DNA of 63,796 bases, filler included, from Globobulimina sp. (Eukaryota): the NCBI GenBank assembly GCA_003354225.1. It is 38 parts of 38 records of this genome, joined end to end, with 100 filler letters (N's around TTAATTAATTAA, not from the genome) between each part and the next. Parts side by side here need not be neighbours in the genome. Positions count along the whole stretch, not along the records: positions 23,556 to 25,137 come from PIVH01014535.1; positions 25,238 to 26,819 come from PIVH01014536.1; positions 26,920 to 28,501 come from PIVH01014537.1; positions 28,602 to 30,183 come from PIVH01014538.1; positions 30,284 to 31,865 come from PIVH01014539.1; positions 31,966 to 33,546 come from PIVH01014540.1; positions 33,647 to 35,227 come from PIVH01014541.1; positions 35,328 to 36,908 come from PIVH01014542.1; 30 more parts are not named here. One strand, 5' to 3'. This document shows, piece after piece, positions 24,638-37,542 of the stretch; position 1 is the first letter of the stretch, and every line of letters starts with the position of its first letter. The notes under the pieces were generated by a model. It was not told where the DNA came from. It ran no database searches and saw only the letters and a program-made list of their open reading frames with translations. The position numbers and the translations under genes were made by a program.

Positions 24638-24983
24638 ATGTGCGTTTTTAAAATTATACTAATTTTCATAATCATTGTCGTTCATGTTTTAGGATCCATA
24701 GACTCTTTGGGATTTTGGAACTTTGCGATTCTTCTGTCCCGCTGCAGATAGAAACGTTTCTCAAGGTTTTGAGCAGGTTTTTCTGTCAATCAGCAACGCA
24801 TTTGTTACCATATAACTTTTTTGTCAGCCAGCAATTCCTTTCTGTACAGACGCAAAGTTCTAAAAGTCCTGGAATTCCTAAAAAACGGCAATGATTATGA
24901 AAAGAAACTGAGCGACAATGATTTTGACAATTGGTATAAACTTTGAATTGAGCCATAGCTATTTTGTGGCTATCATGTTTTTT

Positions 24984-25137
24984 ATATTTTGTGATATTTT
25001 CTAATCAGATCCCAGACGTTGCAGTGTATTGTTTCATTGGAGGGAGTATCTCTGAAATGATTGATATCGCAGAGACTGGCTTGTCTGACCATGTCGGGTT
25101 TATTGTAGTTCTTGCTCTAACTCTGATTATCTCAGTG
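24984..25137 (+). repeat. 154-bp duplicate of 24319-24472 (acceptor plus start of TVP38 exon 2)
   Basis: Direct comparison: identical except one synonymous GGT/GGG difference. Confidence 0.95.
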
Positions 25138-25797
25138 NNNNNNNNNNNNNNNNNNNNNNNNNNNNNNNNNNNNNNNNNNNNTTAATTAATTAANNNNNNN
25201 NNNNNNNNNNNNNNNNNNNNNNNNNNNNNNNNNNNNNTATTTATATAATTATAGAATGGTATATATCATCATCGAGAACGTGTTTATTGCCGAATATGGA
25301 CTATACAGAAAAGGATAAAACAAAATTACAAGGTTCAAATATTGTGGCTAGTTCGATCTGTGGCGGAGGTTTATTGACATTTAGTTTTCATGTCAAAGCA
25401 ATGGATGTGATGAAATGCTATGTGTATTGGATATTAAAACTGTATTACCCACCATGTTTAATATGAAATATGGAGGGAATCAAGATTATATTGATAAGAA
25501 TCAAGGCTTGGATGGAATGATAAAAGAAATGCAAGAAAAACTTATTGATCGAGAATTTGAAGCATTTCAACAAAGTTATGCTTGAATAATGAATACAAAT
25601 ATAATTATACTAAATTTCACAGTATTTCGTAAATACTAAATAACATTGTTTGTGTGTGTCTCAATTGCATTTTGTTTGAGTATGAATATTGAATGATATA
25701 ATATTTCCATATTCATTTTACTTAGAATTCACTGACGAAATGTTACAATTAAAACATGTGTACAATTTTAATCTGTGTCTGAAAGAGCAAGAAACAT

Positions 25798-26647
25798 TTA
25801 TTTCTTCCATAAACTCGGAAACCAATAAATAGTCTCATCACCACCTTGTTCATCAATCCACGCCACACCTTCATTCAACATCATTTTCAATGTTTGTTGG
25901 ATCCTTTGTTTTGGCCATCTCGTTTTCCGCATTAACTGCGTGATGGTACCACACGCAGTGGGACAATGGGACAAAATGGCGGCATGATCCCGATTAAATT
26001 CCATTGGCACAGATTTAACCATTTCCTGTCTCCCAATTGATATGACACTAAATCCATTGCCTAAACTTTTTACTTTGGAGATAGCACATTTTATGTCATC
26101 CACTGATATGTCATTGGCTTGTTTTTTCCTTTTCTGTTGTATTAATTTTAACAGCTCATTCATTTCAATTAAGCCACCGTTCATATTTCTTGTTTTTAAA
26201 CATTGTTCAATTATTTGTACACTTAGTTCATAGTAAAAGTCACCGATTCCCAATATATCACTCCAGAAACCTTTATTCGACGCCAATGGATCTACGCCAA
26301 TCTTCATGCACATTGTGTTGAATTGACCCCTGAACGCGGGGTCTTTGTTGATTTCTTTTTTATGTTTTCGCGCAAATTTCTCTAATTCGGATTTGAATGT
26401 TACCATTGCTTTTTGCAACTGTATGTGGATTGGATGTGTTTAATTATTATTGCATGCGAAATTGCGATGATATACAGTACCTCCTCGAGTTTAGCTGCTG
26501 CGAGTTCAGTTCCTTTCTGCTGTATTGCTTGTCCTTGGCGTTGCCGAGCTTTGATTCCACGAATGCCTGATTTGCATTGTTAAGTGATATGGAATGAATA
26601 ATTATACAGGACAATACACATAAAGTGTTACCTGCTTTGCGTCTCAT
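25798..26647 (-). CDS. SNF8: ESCRT-II subunit VPS22/SNF8; introns 26567-26631 and 26419-26480
   Basis: MRRKAG start, LEKFARKHKKEINKDPAFRGQF, IGVDPLASNKGFW, GDFYYEL, WIDEQ, YWFPS. Confidence 0.96.
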
Positions 26648-26919
26648 TGTCAAAGATGTTTTTGAGGAAAACGATATTTTTTTTGTGGAAAATTTGAAAT
26701 TATGGGAAGGAAAATAGGTTAATAATAAAATGTTAAAGGTAACATTTAACTTTTTGCTTTTCAGTTTGAAATTACTGTTTTTACTGTAAACTCTTTGAAT
26801 TTACAGTTTTTTACAGATTNNNNNNNNNNNNNNNNNNNNNNNNNNNNNNNNNNNNNNNNNNNNTTAATTAATTAANNNNNNNNNNNNNNNNNNNNNNNNN
26901 NNNNNNNNNNNNNNNNNNN

Positions 26920-27712
26920 ATCTAATCACCAAAAACGATACATTTGCCTGTTTAAACTCATTCAAAAGTCTGATATTTATGCTCCATAAATTAGCATAAT
27001 CTTTTAAAATCTCATAAAGTTTACTAATATTTAAATCTGACAGTTGAATGTGTCGTTTATGCGGAAGCTGTGACAATGTGCCAGTGCCATAATGATAATT
27101 CAGAAGAGCGAAGATTGCCTTCCATGGATCCCGTATTATAAATATCGCAGATGGTACAATTGGCGCTTGATTAACCCTTTCAAATTGAGATTTGGTGACA
27201 TTTATCTTTAATTTCTTTGTTTTTCGATTCTGATAGAAACAGCCACACAAACATTCTCCATTCAATATAGACTGAGTGTAATTCTCTAAAAAAATATGGT
27301 CGCCATGGAATTTGGTCACAATGGTCTCCGTGCCGCAGTAGGCCGACTCAGTAAAGCCATGTTGAATAAACTCTTGCGAGTATACAGTTCCAGTATAGAT
27401 TTTTGTAATATACTCAATTAATAAACGAATATAAGTATTTCCCGAGCCACCAAAACTTATCAACAAAGGAGGGACGAAATGATTGAGCATCGTGGAACGT
27501 ATTTGCTTTGTTCTGGGATTATTCCATGATGGCAGCAAACTTATATTCTGGTCAGAGGGCACACATTCTGGCATAACCAGGTGGACATTGATGAGATTAG
27601 TAAAATGATCATGTGTCAATTCTATGTTGTTCATGTTCAAAATAGATAAAATAAAAATATATATCAGTGTCACAACAGCGCAAACGGCTGCAGCATATAT
27701 TTTCGTGTGCAT
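26920..27712 (-). CDS. Type II membrane sulfotransferase (WSCD-like), 3' partial
   Basis: N-terminal TM anchor; 5'-PSB-like LISFGGSGNTYIRLLIE...TGTVY; 3'-PB IIRDPW. Confidence 0.85.
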
Positions 27713-27829
27713 TGCATCTGTAAAATAGAGTTTTCAGTAGAACATAAATCCGATTCTACGATGTATCCTTGCACTTATTCAACGTTGGTTTACAAAGAAA
27801 AAATATAATCTAAATAATTATTAAGACAT

Positions 27830-28501
27830 CTAATTATTTTTTGGTACAAGAAAACACGATGGGTTATTTTGTAAATGTTCAATTATTTGTGCATCCTCCC
27901 GAATTATGGTATTATCAGATTGCAGCCAATATGGTGTATCATCTTTTAATCTCTCTCTTAATATTTTATTTAATGAATCCATATTATATCCATTCTTTCT
28001 CCTTAATACAATTTTTTTCTTTGTTTCATCCATACAATTTACAACAAACACAATCGTTCTCGGCAATTTTGGCTCGACTGCAATATTCTGTTTCTCTTTT
28101 CGTTTTTCTTTTTTCTGTTCAATCTTCCCTTTAATCATAAACTTTGAACTATCATATCGTGACATATTTGTCTCCATCTCTTCACATAAAACGATATCAT
28201 TTCCATCGCCTGTCAACGAACTTGCCGTTAATATCAACGTCGTATCATCTTTCATTTCCATATCAAATGCCTCCAAAAACTCACGTTTAAATTCTCCAAA
28301 TTGCATATCATTCATTGATGGCGCTGCTAACTGTTTCATTTCGTCATTCAATGTAATCAAATAAAACATTTGTGCATTGTTAATATTTTCCAACTCACTT
28401 TGTTCAGATTCATCCGGAATCGACAAACAAATTATCTTACTCCACTTCAATTTACTCACTTCCGTTTCTGATGATTTGCATTGTAATCTCAACTGTATTC
28501 C
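27830..28501 (-). CDS. Hypothetical protein, C-terminal part
   Basis: Open frame of more than 220 codons from the contig end to a stop; no motif recognised. Confidence 0.6.
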   Translation of the reverse strand, partial: GIQLRLQCKSSETEVSKLKWSKIICLSIPDESEQSELENINNAQMFYLITLNDEMKQLAAPSMNDMQFGEFKREFLEAFDMEMKDDTTLILTASSLTGDGNDIVLCEEMETNMSRYDSSKFMIKGKIEQKKEKRKEKQNIAVEPKLPRTIVFVVNCMDETKKKIVLRRKNGYNMDSLNKILRERLKDDTPYWLQSDNTIIREDAQIIEHLQNNPSCFLVPKNN

Positions 28502-28601
28502 NNNNNNNNNNNNNNNNNNNNNNNNNNNNNNNNNNNNNNNNNNNNTTAATTAATTAANNNNNNNNNNNNNNNNNNNNNNNNNNNNNNNNNNNNNNNNNNN
28601 N

Positions 28602-30156
28602 AAACAATGCGCAGATTTGGAATGAAATATTGACGGATTTGCAGGAGATACACAACAAGCGGATGAATGATATTGGGGACGATGTATGTTGTGTTTGTCA
28701 TTGGTAATGAATTTTGTTTTAATTTTGCTTTTTTTTTGATGTTTGCAGATAGGCTTTGGGTTCAATCCAGAATATTCGCGTAGAGCTTGTGTGGGTTTAT
28801 GCGGATTGAATAATTATGGCTGTACCTGTTATATGAATGCAACAATGCAGCAATTATACTGCAATCCGGTGGTCAGGAAAGTTATTTTAGGCGTCGATTT
28901 ACGCAAATTATACCCACAGCGTAGCGAGGATGACAATATTCCGTCGTTGAAGAAAACTGTATTCTATGCCATGCAGACTATGTTTAGCAATTTGCAATGG
29001 AGCGATAAACGCGCCGCGTGGCCTGAGGACTTCCTGCAAAATTATCGGGACTTTGAAGGCAACAAAATCGACCCCAATGAGCAGATGGATGCGCACGAAT
29101 TTTTTAACTTTTTATTTGATAATTTGGAGCGCGAATTGAAGGGAACCATTGCTGAGCAAATATTGAAGAATGAGTTTTGTGGAAAGGAAGTGAACCAAGT
29201 TATATGTCAAGAATGTGGCTACGTCTCCGAGACTTTTGTCCCAATGTATGATATTTATGTATATTTTGTACAGTAATTATGTGACGCATTTGTTAATTAG
29301 GTATGCAGTGTCGTGTAAGATCCAGAACCATCAGACCTTGGAAGAATCGCTGGAATACGAATTTGTTCGCGGTGATTGGCTAAAAGGAGGCAATGCATAT
29401 CGTTGCGGTAAATGCAACAAGAAAGTGACTGCACTGAAACGTTCGTGTTTTACTCAATTATCCAACACAATGTTGGTACATTTGCAACGTTTTGAGTTCA
29501 ATTTAGAGACTATGTTAAAAGTAAAAATCAACTCCGAATTGAGATTTCCAATCAATTTGAATATGAAGAAGTATACCAAAGAATATCTAGATTTCCAAGA
29601 AAATAAATGTTCCACTGACGCGTTAATGGATGACAGTGACTATGAATATGAATTGGTTGGTATCACTGTGCATTCTGGGATGGCGGATATCGGCCATTAT
29701 TACTCCTTTATACGCAAACAAGACAACAATGGCACTCTGGGCTCATGGTATTCATTTAACGATGATTATGTCAGCATTTTTGATACCAATACCATGCAAG
29801 ACAAGTGTTTTGGAGGCAATAAATTGACGCTAATACGCGATGCAAAGACTAATCAATTGGTACAGCGATGGATTGCCAAATCAAACAATGCCTATATCTT
29901 AGTGTATAGACGAAAGAATATAGCTAAAAAAGTAGAAAATATGGGCATTTCCGACGCATATTTGACTTTGAAAGAGTTCAAATTGGCTGAATTAAAAGCA
30001 AATGATGGTAAACCACCCAAAGTGAACATGATCCAACAACCGCAACAAACGAAGAAGCCTAAAATAGAAGAAATTGATGAGACTGTAACGGAGAAACAAA
30101 CTGAACACGAACATGAGCAAGAAACTGTAAATAAAGTATGTAATGAGAGTATATAA
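28602..30156 (+). CDS. Ubiquitin-specific protease (C19; USP9X/24/34-like catalytic domain), partial; introns near 28684-28748 and at 29246-29300
   Basis: Cys box GLNNYGCTCYMNA, QMDAHEFF, LQRF, His box HSGMADIGHYYSFI, FND, AYILVY. Confidence 0.95.
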
Positions 30157-30283
30157 CTCATTTTTTTAATGAGTTTTAATTTTNNNNNNNNNNNNNNNNN
30201 NNNNNNNNNNNNNNNNNNNNNNNNNNNTTAATTAATTAANNNNNNNNNNNNNNNNNNNNNNNNNNNNNNNNNNNNNNNNNNNN

Positions 30284-31865
30284 GATTCTTTTCATCGAAC
30301 CCTTGCGCGCCTTGCGACCAATCATAAGAAGTAGCATATGCCAACAAAGAGGCATTGCAATTAAACGCAGTCGCCACAATGGGTAATTGCATCCGCTTTG
30401 TATGTCTCAGCCGCGATCTCAGTATCCGATCCCAATAATTTATTCCCCCGTCACTCCCGCCAGTAAGAAACGTGCCATTCGGATGAAATGAGATGGTGTT
30501 CACACCATAAATATTGGTCTGATTTGCGTGCACCTGCGAAGGTGCTACATTTGCATCATTTTGATGTGTGTCCACCACATCCTTATCAACAGAATGCCGA
30601 TGACATTTAAACGAGAAATTCTTTTTCTTTGCTTCTTTATTGTCAATCATTTCAATGGCAACCCTGCCTTCAATGGAACCAACACCAAACCCATCCTTTG
30701 ACGGAAATATATTCATACATCGCAACTGATGTTTTAACGGAGTCGTTTTGTTAATGATCACTTGCGATGGATTCCTGCATAGTTTTCATCAAAATGGCAG
30801 TAGAATTATGCGCCGACATTGCTCCTCAAATCAGCGCAACATCGTACCTCAAATCGTAAACTTGAACGTGTTTATTTGACAAACCAACGGCTAATATCGG
30901 TGTCAATGAAGCCATGCAATATATTTTATGCCCCAAATGTATGGAACCACAGCAAATCGATGCGCGCGTATCCCAATATTTGACTTTCTTATCCCACGAA
31001 CCTGTGATAATCACATTGTTTTCTGCGATATATTTAACACATCGTATGGGCGCTGCGTGATGTACATATTGCATTGTTTTTTCTTGTGCAGCTTTAGCAG
31101 CAACGGTTTGTTGCTGAATGGCTTTCCGTTCCATCCCAGCCTTTTTTATGTCCGTTTCAATGATGGCCAGAGCTAAGTTATCCACTTTGATACGCATTGA
31201 AATTAAGTCATTTAAATACGATTTACACTGCGTTTCAGTGCATTGCTGCAACATTGTTGCAGTTACTTTGTCAGCAATGTTTGGATGCCATTCAGTGATT
31301 TGCGACGAGATCTTATCTGCGATTTCAGTGCTTATATTATGAGGATTGTCGGCATGGACTTCAGTGTCGGGTTCATCAGTGATGTTGCTATCATTTTTAC
31401 AGTGCGATATGTCATTTAATGTTTTCTCATCACTGTCAATGTCAAGCATGGACGTTGGAGATGGCGTAGGTTTGAACTCCATGCTCGAAAAGACATTTTT
31501 TTGCAAATCCCACACTTTGATAATTCGATCGCAGCCAACTGTATAAATTTTAGTGCAGTCGTTACCATTCCAACATGCATCCAATACTGGTTTCTCGTGA
31601 TAGTGTATGCCCATTAATTCGACGGATGTTAGCAATGAGGATGACTCGTCATTGATGCCTCGATAATGACGCACTTGTTTATCCCAAGTGGTGACCACAA
31701 AGTCAGTGCAATTTTTCTGGGGCGAGAAATATAATGATGTGACAGTGTCAGTGGGCGCATCTGGAATTACAATATCATTGTTTGGATTATCAATGCCTGG
31801 CTGGGATTTATAAAGTACTGATTTTTCATCGTCATCGTCTTCTGAGACATCATTATCGATGAAAG
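30284..31865 (-). CDS. RAE1: mRNA export factor RAE1/Gle2 (WD40) with a large insertion; intron 30775-30847; partial
   Basis: NPNNDIVIPDAPTDTVTSLYFSP, TGSWDK, PLKHQLRC, GSIEGRVA, FSFKCHR, GSDG, SYDWSQG. Confidence 0.9.
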
Positions 31866-31965
31866 NNNNNNNNNNNNNNNNNNNNNNNNNNNNNNNNNNN
31901 NNNNNNNNNTTAATTAATTAANNNNNNNNNNNNNNNNNNNNNNNNNNNNNNNNNNNNNNNNNNNN

Positions 31966-32226
31966 GTTGCTGTCGCCATGACCTTTAAGAATATGAATGT
32001 AATCATTCAGCAAATTTTCATATTTCTCGCAACAAAATGCAATGAATAATTCACGGCCTACCATACTATCCTTATCACCACATAATAAATCATAATATTT
32101 TAATGCCACACTCACTCTTTTCAATGCTGAACAATTTGAGATAAAATCAGACTTACATTCCTTACAAATTATTTCTGTCGATTCAAATATACTAAAATCA
32201 ATCGCAGCCTTTATTTTACTGTCCAT
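31966..32226 (-). CDS. Hypothetical protein, N-terminal fragment (same family as 4732-4949)
   Basis: MDSK...IDFSIF...CSALKRVSVALKYY...LLNDYIHILKGH. Confidence 0.6.
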
Positions 32227-32477
32227 TTAATAACAGTCAATAATAGTTATCTTTTCGTCCAAAAACAGCTTAAAATCTTTTCTTCCAACATCGCGTTACC
32301 TGGTTCTATTATGTGTATTTTTTAGGTTCCATCGATCGCAAACAGCCACAATATGACACAAAGTTATTTGTTTTTTTTGAAATGCGTGTCGGAATATTAA
32401 TTAAATCTTTTGCAACAGGAAATAATATTCAGTTCAATGTAGATTTTAGTATAATAAATTACAGTGATGTGGCGAGT

Positions 32478-33191
32478 ATGGATTCCGTTGATGAAGATTC
32501 GTTTGTTATGGTAAACGGAACTGAAGAAGATGAAGAAACGTTTAATGACACGGAAGATACAGATACGCATTCTAATCATAGCACGCATAGTAATAACAGT
32601 AATAATTCGTCATACAATTCATATGGAAGTGATTGTGGCTCATCAACTACATCCACGAAGCAACTTGAATTTTCATTAAGTGCAATACGAACAAAAATGG
32701 AACAAAAATCGTTATTAAAGCAATTAAAAGAATATAACCAACGATATAATGCAAATACTAAATGCCATAAAACCTATAAACGTTATTATAAATGTTATAA
32801 ATTTGTATCTTCAGTAAGTTTAATCATTACATTTTGCATTTATTGTTATTGGAGTTATTATTATTTTAATGATGGAAATCCAATGAATGTGAATAATGAC
32901 GAAATGTATAAAAACGAAAATGAGTATGAATATGAGTATGAGTATGAATATGAACAAAATCAACAGATATCAGCTCAACAACAGCAACAAAGTTATTATA
33001 ACCAACCACATGGACATGGATTTGTGCACGATTATAATGAATATAATAATCAATATACTGATTATGCCACATATTATAACGAATTCATACTATATTTATG
33101 GCAAATGGTTATTTTTATCATTATGTTTATAATCTGTTTCACGTTATATCATATACTTGGATTTACTGAGCCAACTGCGAAAAATGAGTAA
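32478..33191 (+). CDS. Low-complexity two-TM hypothetical protein
   Basis: Acidic/Ser/Asn-rich N-terminus, two hydrophobic segments, (EY)n repeat; start codon uncertain. Confidence 0.6.
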   Translation: MDSVDEDSFVMVNGTEEDEETFNDTEDTDTHSNHSTHSNNSNNSSYNSYGSDCGSSTTSTKQLEFSLSAIRTKMEQKSLLKQLKEYNQRYNANTKCHKTYKRYYKCYKFVSSVSLIITFCIYCYWSYYYFNDGNPMNVNNDEMYKNENEYEYEYEYEYEQNQQISAQQQQQSYYNQPHGHGFVHDYNEYNNQYTDYATYYNEFILYLWQMVIFIIMFIICFTLYHILGFTEPTAKNE

Positions 33192-33405
33192 TTTATTAAA
33201 TATTTTATTCTGTATTATATGTAGTAATTATTAATTAAATATTACATTCTGTATTAATTTTGCATGTATTTTTGTTGTACGTCTATATTTTTTCGAATAC
33301 CTCCTGCTCTAATTTTTTTTTTAAAGTCACTACGTCTGTTGAATCATGGTAGTTTCAGCGCTCTTTGTGAGTCTGGAATCGGAAATGTTAACACCTTACA
33401 AAACA

Positions 33406-33495
33406 TTTGTGTGGGGTGTGCTCTGTCTGCTTTTGTGTGGGGTGTGCTCTGTCTGCTCTTTTGTGTGGGGTGGGCTCTGTCTGCTTTTGTGTGTC
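33406..33495. repeat. Tandem repeat, 26-28 bp unit TTTGTGTGGGGTGTGCTCTGTCTGCT, three copies plus a partial
   Basis: Directly visible; no spacers. Confidence 0.9.
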
Positions 33496-33646
33496 GTCTA
33501 ACCTAAACTCTAAAAATAATTTTTTTCTGATTGGTTGACTCGAACCNNNNNNNNNNNNNNNNNNNNNNNNNNNNNNNNNNNNNNNNNNNNTTAATTAATT
33601 AANNNNNNNNNNNNNNNNNNNNNNNNNNNNNNNNNNNNNNNNNNNN

Positions 33647-35050
33647 TTTTGCAGACACAGATTTGTGACACGAATAAAGCATTGGAAATTGTTTGAATTT
33701 GAAGCCTATGACGAAACATTAGATCCGATATTGCGTGACTTAGATTTGTTATGTTTTTCATCACAATTTTATTTTATTTCCAGTATTACATCATTTGGGA
33801 TATTATTTATTTATTTAGGTTTTACGGTGACGCTCGCAAATGAATATCCCTTTATGTCCGATTCATTTTTCTTCATATTAACAATGTTTGGTATATTTAC
33901 ATGTATGTTAAGTAGACGAATTTTAATTTATTTATTTAAATTGACCCAAATTTGGAAAATTGCTCATTTGCCAATAATACATTATGCCGTGGATGAAGAT
34001 GAAACACCATACGATCCGATGCAACATTTAAGATCTAAACCGGTACAAAATAAATTTTTAGAGAAGAATAAGCGTTGGCTCGTAGAGAATCTGCAAGAAT
34101 TAATAACGCCCGACGCCTTAGAAAGGCACCGAGATTATTTAATGTATCATTACGAGAGCCTGCTAAGAGAGAAAAATGCCGGCAAACTACAAAATAAATA
34201 TGATATTTCCGACGATGATCTTTCTGATATGGACGCGAATAATTATAATAATAAAGCGATAAAATTAAATAAAAGACAAGAAAGAATTGCCATTTGGTGG
34301 CTAAATCGCGGTAAAAGGTTCTCTGAAATGAAACGATTGGTGGACGGGATTATTGCATCAAATCTAGAAAATAATTGTAATGAATGTGGTTCGAATGAAA
34401 ATTTACAAATCCAACAGTTTATAAGTATTGAAGATTTGGTGTATGAGTATGATAAAAAAGTAAAATTAGGGATAGATAGAATGGATAAAATGCATCCTGT
34501 TATTTCATGGAGACAATTTTTCTCCAAAACACAATTATTTCGAACATTATGTGCGATGTGTTTAGCAAATGTACGTATTAAACATATCAATAATAAAGAT
34601 GTTACGTTAATTTCTGACGATTCTGAATCTGAGAAATCTGATGAATACGACTGGAGATATCAACAATTTCAAGCTTCATTTAATAAAATATCTAAGAATA
34701 TTGCGGCTTTATGGTTACAAGGAGCCAGACGAAGAATGTTAAGACAAAATGCTCCATCAATTCCATCATTATCATTATCATCGGATCATTCACCACAGAC
34801 AACAGAGGATTCTATAATGCAAAATAATAATATTCCGATATTACGCGATGATATATCGTCGATAACAGAAACGAGTGCTACACAAAGCAGTAATCAATCA
34901 AAGCATTATGCACCACAAAGAGATGATATTTCAGATAATACAGCATCAGATATTTCAGATAATTCATCATCTGCTCATAGTAGAAATAATCAAAGAGTTA
35001 TAAGAAGAGAGGATATCTCATCTGATTCAGAAAGTGATGATGATGATTGA
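33647..35050 (+). CDS. Uncharacterised membrane protein, C-terminal part
   Basis: Two TM segments, two CxxC pairs, repeated [DE]DIS[DS] motifs; frame open from the contig start. Confidence 0.8.
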   Translation, partial: FCRHRFVTRIKHWKLFEFEAYDETLDPILRDLDLLCFSSQFYFISSITSFGILFIYLGFTVTLANEYPFMSDSFFFILTMFGIFTCMLSRRILIYLFKLTQIWKIAHLPIIHYAVDEDETPYDPMQHLRSKPVQNKFLEKNKRWLVENLQELITPDALERHRDYLMYHYESLLREKNAGKLQNKYDISDDDLSDMDANNYNNKAIKLNKRQERIAIWWLNRGKRFSEMKRLVDGIIASNLENNCNECGSNENLQIQQFISIEDLVYEYDKKVKLGIDRMDKMHPVISWRQFFSKTQLFRTLCAMCLANVRIKHINNKDVTLISDDSESEKSDEYDWRYQQFQASFNKISKNIAALWLQGARRRMLRQNAPSIPSLSLSSDHSPQTTEDSIMQNNNIPILRDDISSITETSATQSSNQSKHYAPQRDDISDNTASDISDNSSSAHSRNNQRVIRREDISSDSESDDDD

Positions 35051-35492
35051 TATCGTATGACTGTACGTATATATTATAAATTGTTTTAATATGTTTGTGG
35101 GTTTTTGATTTGTTTATTTTTATGGAGTTTTTACTCCTGTTTTATTTAAATTAAAAGTGTGTTTGCTTTTTCTAATTTTGCAGTTATACACAATTAGCAA
35201 CTGCTACAACTGTTGATTATGGCGACCNNNNNNNNNNNNNNNNNNNNNNNNNNNNNNNNNNNNNNNNNNNNTTAATTAATTAANNNNNNNNNNNNNNNNN
35301 NNNNNNNNNNNNNNNNNNNNNNNNNNNCATTATCATTATAATTGTCACCATCACAAGGGGCAATTATGTTTATATTGATGGTGTTGATTTCTGCTATGAA
35401 TGATACAAATATCAGCACTTGGACTGTTGACAGGTTCGTAGTTTATTTCCAACCCTCCAAACGCAATCTATTTCTCAATTTTGTAAATTCAG

Positions 35493-36908
35493 TTCTCATG
35501 AACGTAGTTTTATTGCTCCCGCATCTTTCCATCCACCCAACAAATCATTATTCTCTATTTCTAATTCCCTAAAAACACCGGCAAAAACACACACAAACAC
35601 ACACCGAGCCTCAACTTCACTCCATTCAACTATTAATAGCAATGAATTGCAAGAACTTGATTTAACCAACGATATAAATATAGAACACACTCGAAATGCA
35701 GATGCCGCATCCACGCAAGTCACCGCATCCAATACGTTACTCAGTTTACGCAAACAAACCTCCTCCGACGAAGGCAACAGCACAGACCACCATAGCAACA
35801 ATAATGGTAACCCCAATACCGATGCCTCCGTAACTAGCTATACAGAGACATATATCCACCCATCAGACCGTAACAAGACAAGCATGCAATTAATAGACGA
35901 CGCGAAAGATGAAGAGATGGTGGATATTATATCTATGATATCCGCCACCGACCAGCCATACGAGAATGACAATAATTTACGCAATTCACTGACAAGCAAA
36001 GCCTTGGTGGATACCATGGATTATACATCGAAATTAATGGCAACTATCCAGTCTATGGAAGAAGACAATAATTTGAAATATAAATTGCAGAAATATGCGC
36101 TGAAAATAAAGAAATTGGAGCGACAGTTGGCCGATGAAAGAAAAATAAATGAAAATAAATCCATTTTCTTAGATAAAGTAAACAATGAATTGAATAAAAC
36201 CAATGTGGAGATTGAGCGGATTGAATGTGAGAAGAGAGAGTTAAAATTATCGTTGACTGAGTTAGAAGACATACAGCAAAAATATCGATTATTAGAAATG
36301 AAGAATTTGCAGTTAATCCAAACGAATAAAATCAAAGATTTGGAAATCAATAAGTTGAATGGCGAGGTATTTGAATGCAAGAATAAGTTACAAAAGACCT
36401 TGGAAGATAGGGACAATATATCGGCGGTCAGTGAGGTATTACGCGAGGAAATCACCAATAAAAGAGCGTCCATTCATAGATATAAAGAAATAAACAAGAA
36501 ATTGAATGAAAAAATAAATGAAAGTCACAAATTGAGTGAGACGCTCTGTACAAATTATTCAATGCCGGATGCTACGAAATTATACACCAAAATGAGCGAT
36601 TTTGAGGATAATATAAATGTGGCATATAACAAGGATTTAGAGCATAAATATAATAATCAATCTCGGCAGTTTATGCAATTAAAATTAGAAAACAAAGGAA
36701 TTTCGGAAAAATTAAACATGGCAACCAATGACAAAAATGCGTTATTGAATGAGGTGCAAACTATGAAATTGACGCATAAATTGGAGGTGAAACATTTTAA
36801 AAAAGAATTGATATCAAAGCATAAAGACATTGATAGATTGAAAACGGTGATGTGGAATTTAAATAAATTTATTGCCAATCAATCATCTTCAAATAATTCA
36901 AACAATTC
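35493..36908 (+). CDS. Coiled-coil protein exon, 3' partial
   Basis: Long open frame after an AG acceptor; heptad-like K/E/L/N-rich region. Confidence 0.75.
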
Positions 36909-37008
36909 NNNNNNNNNNNNNNNNNNNNNNNNNNNNNNNNNNNNNNNNNNNNTTAATTAATTAANNNNNNNNNNNNNNNNNNNNNNNNNNNNNNNNNNNN
37001 NNNNNNNN

Positions 37009-37435
37009 TGGCCATGCTGGCGATGACGATTTTGACGTTGCTGTATTTTTGCTGCAGATACGAGAGATAAGTCATTAGTTTTTTGAGTCCCGGACGGATG
37101 TAAATGTGGTAATGTTCCACAGTGTGTTTGCTGACTTTGTGGTGGGATCTGTTTTTTTTTGTGATTGAGGTGTGTGGCGAGGAAGAAAGTGAAGGTTTGT
37201 TGGGGTATTTGGGCTGCGATGGGGTTTTGGAGCTGGTGCTGGTGGAAGCTGAGGAGGTGGAGGACAGAGAGTGGCTACGTCGGGGCTCGTGGCTGAGGGT
37301 GAAATGGAAATATTCTTCAACATGCTGCGATTTATAATATGGATAAGGATTATTGGATGTATAGTTACGAACTGATCGAATTAAGGTACGATCGACATCT
37401 AATACTATGGCTGCTAACTCTAACGATGAATTCAT
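37009..37435 (-). CDS. HAD-superfamily FCP1/SCP-like (NIF domain) phosphatase, 3' partial
   Basis: IVLDVDRTLI (DxDxT) and YIRPGL motifs. Confidence 0.8.
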
Positions 37436-37542
37436 CTTAATTTGTCAATGTGGTGTATTATAAAAACAAACATTCGATTGCTTTTGGCATTGACAAAAGC
37501 TAAGCTACAGTTAACTAAGTTTTTTATTCTCAAAACTAGATC

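Noticed and set aside
33406-33546. CRISPR-like repeats, and a tRNA B-box (GGTTCGAGTC, minus strand) at the contig end
   Set aside because: Head-to-tail repeats without spacers; only about 10 nt of B-box-like sequence is visible, too little to call
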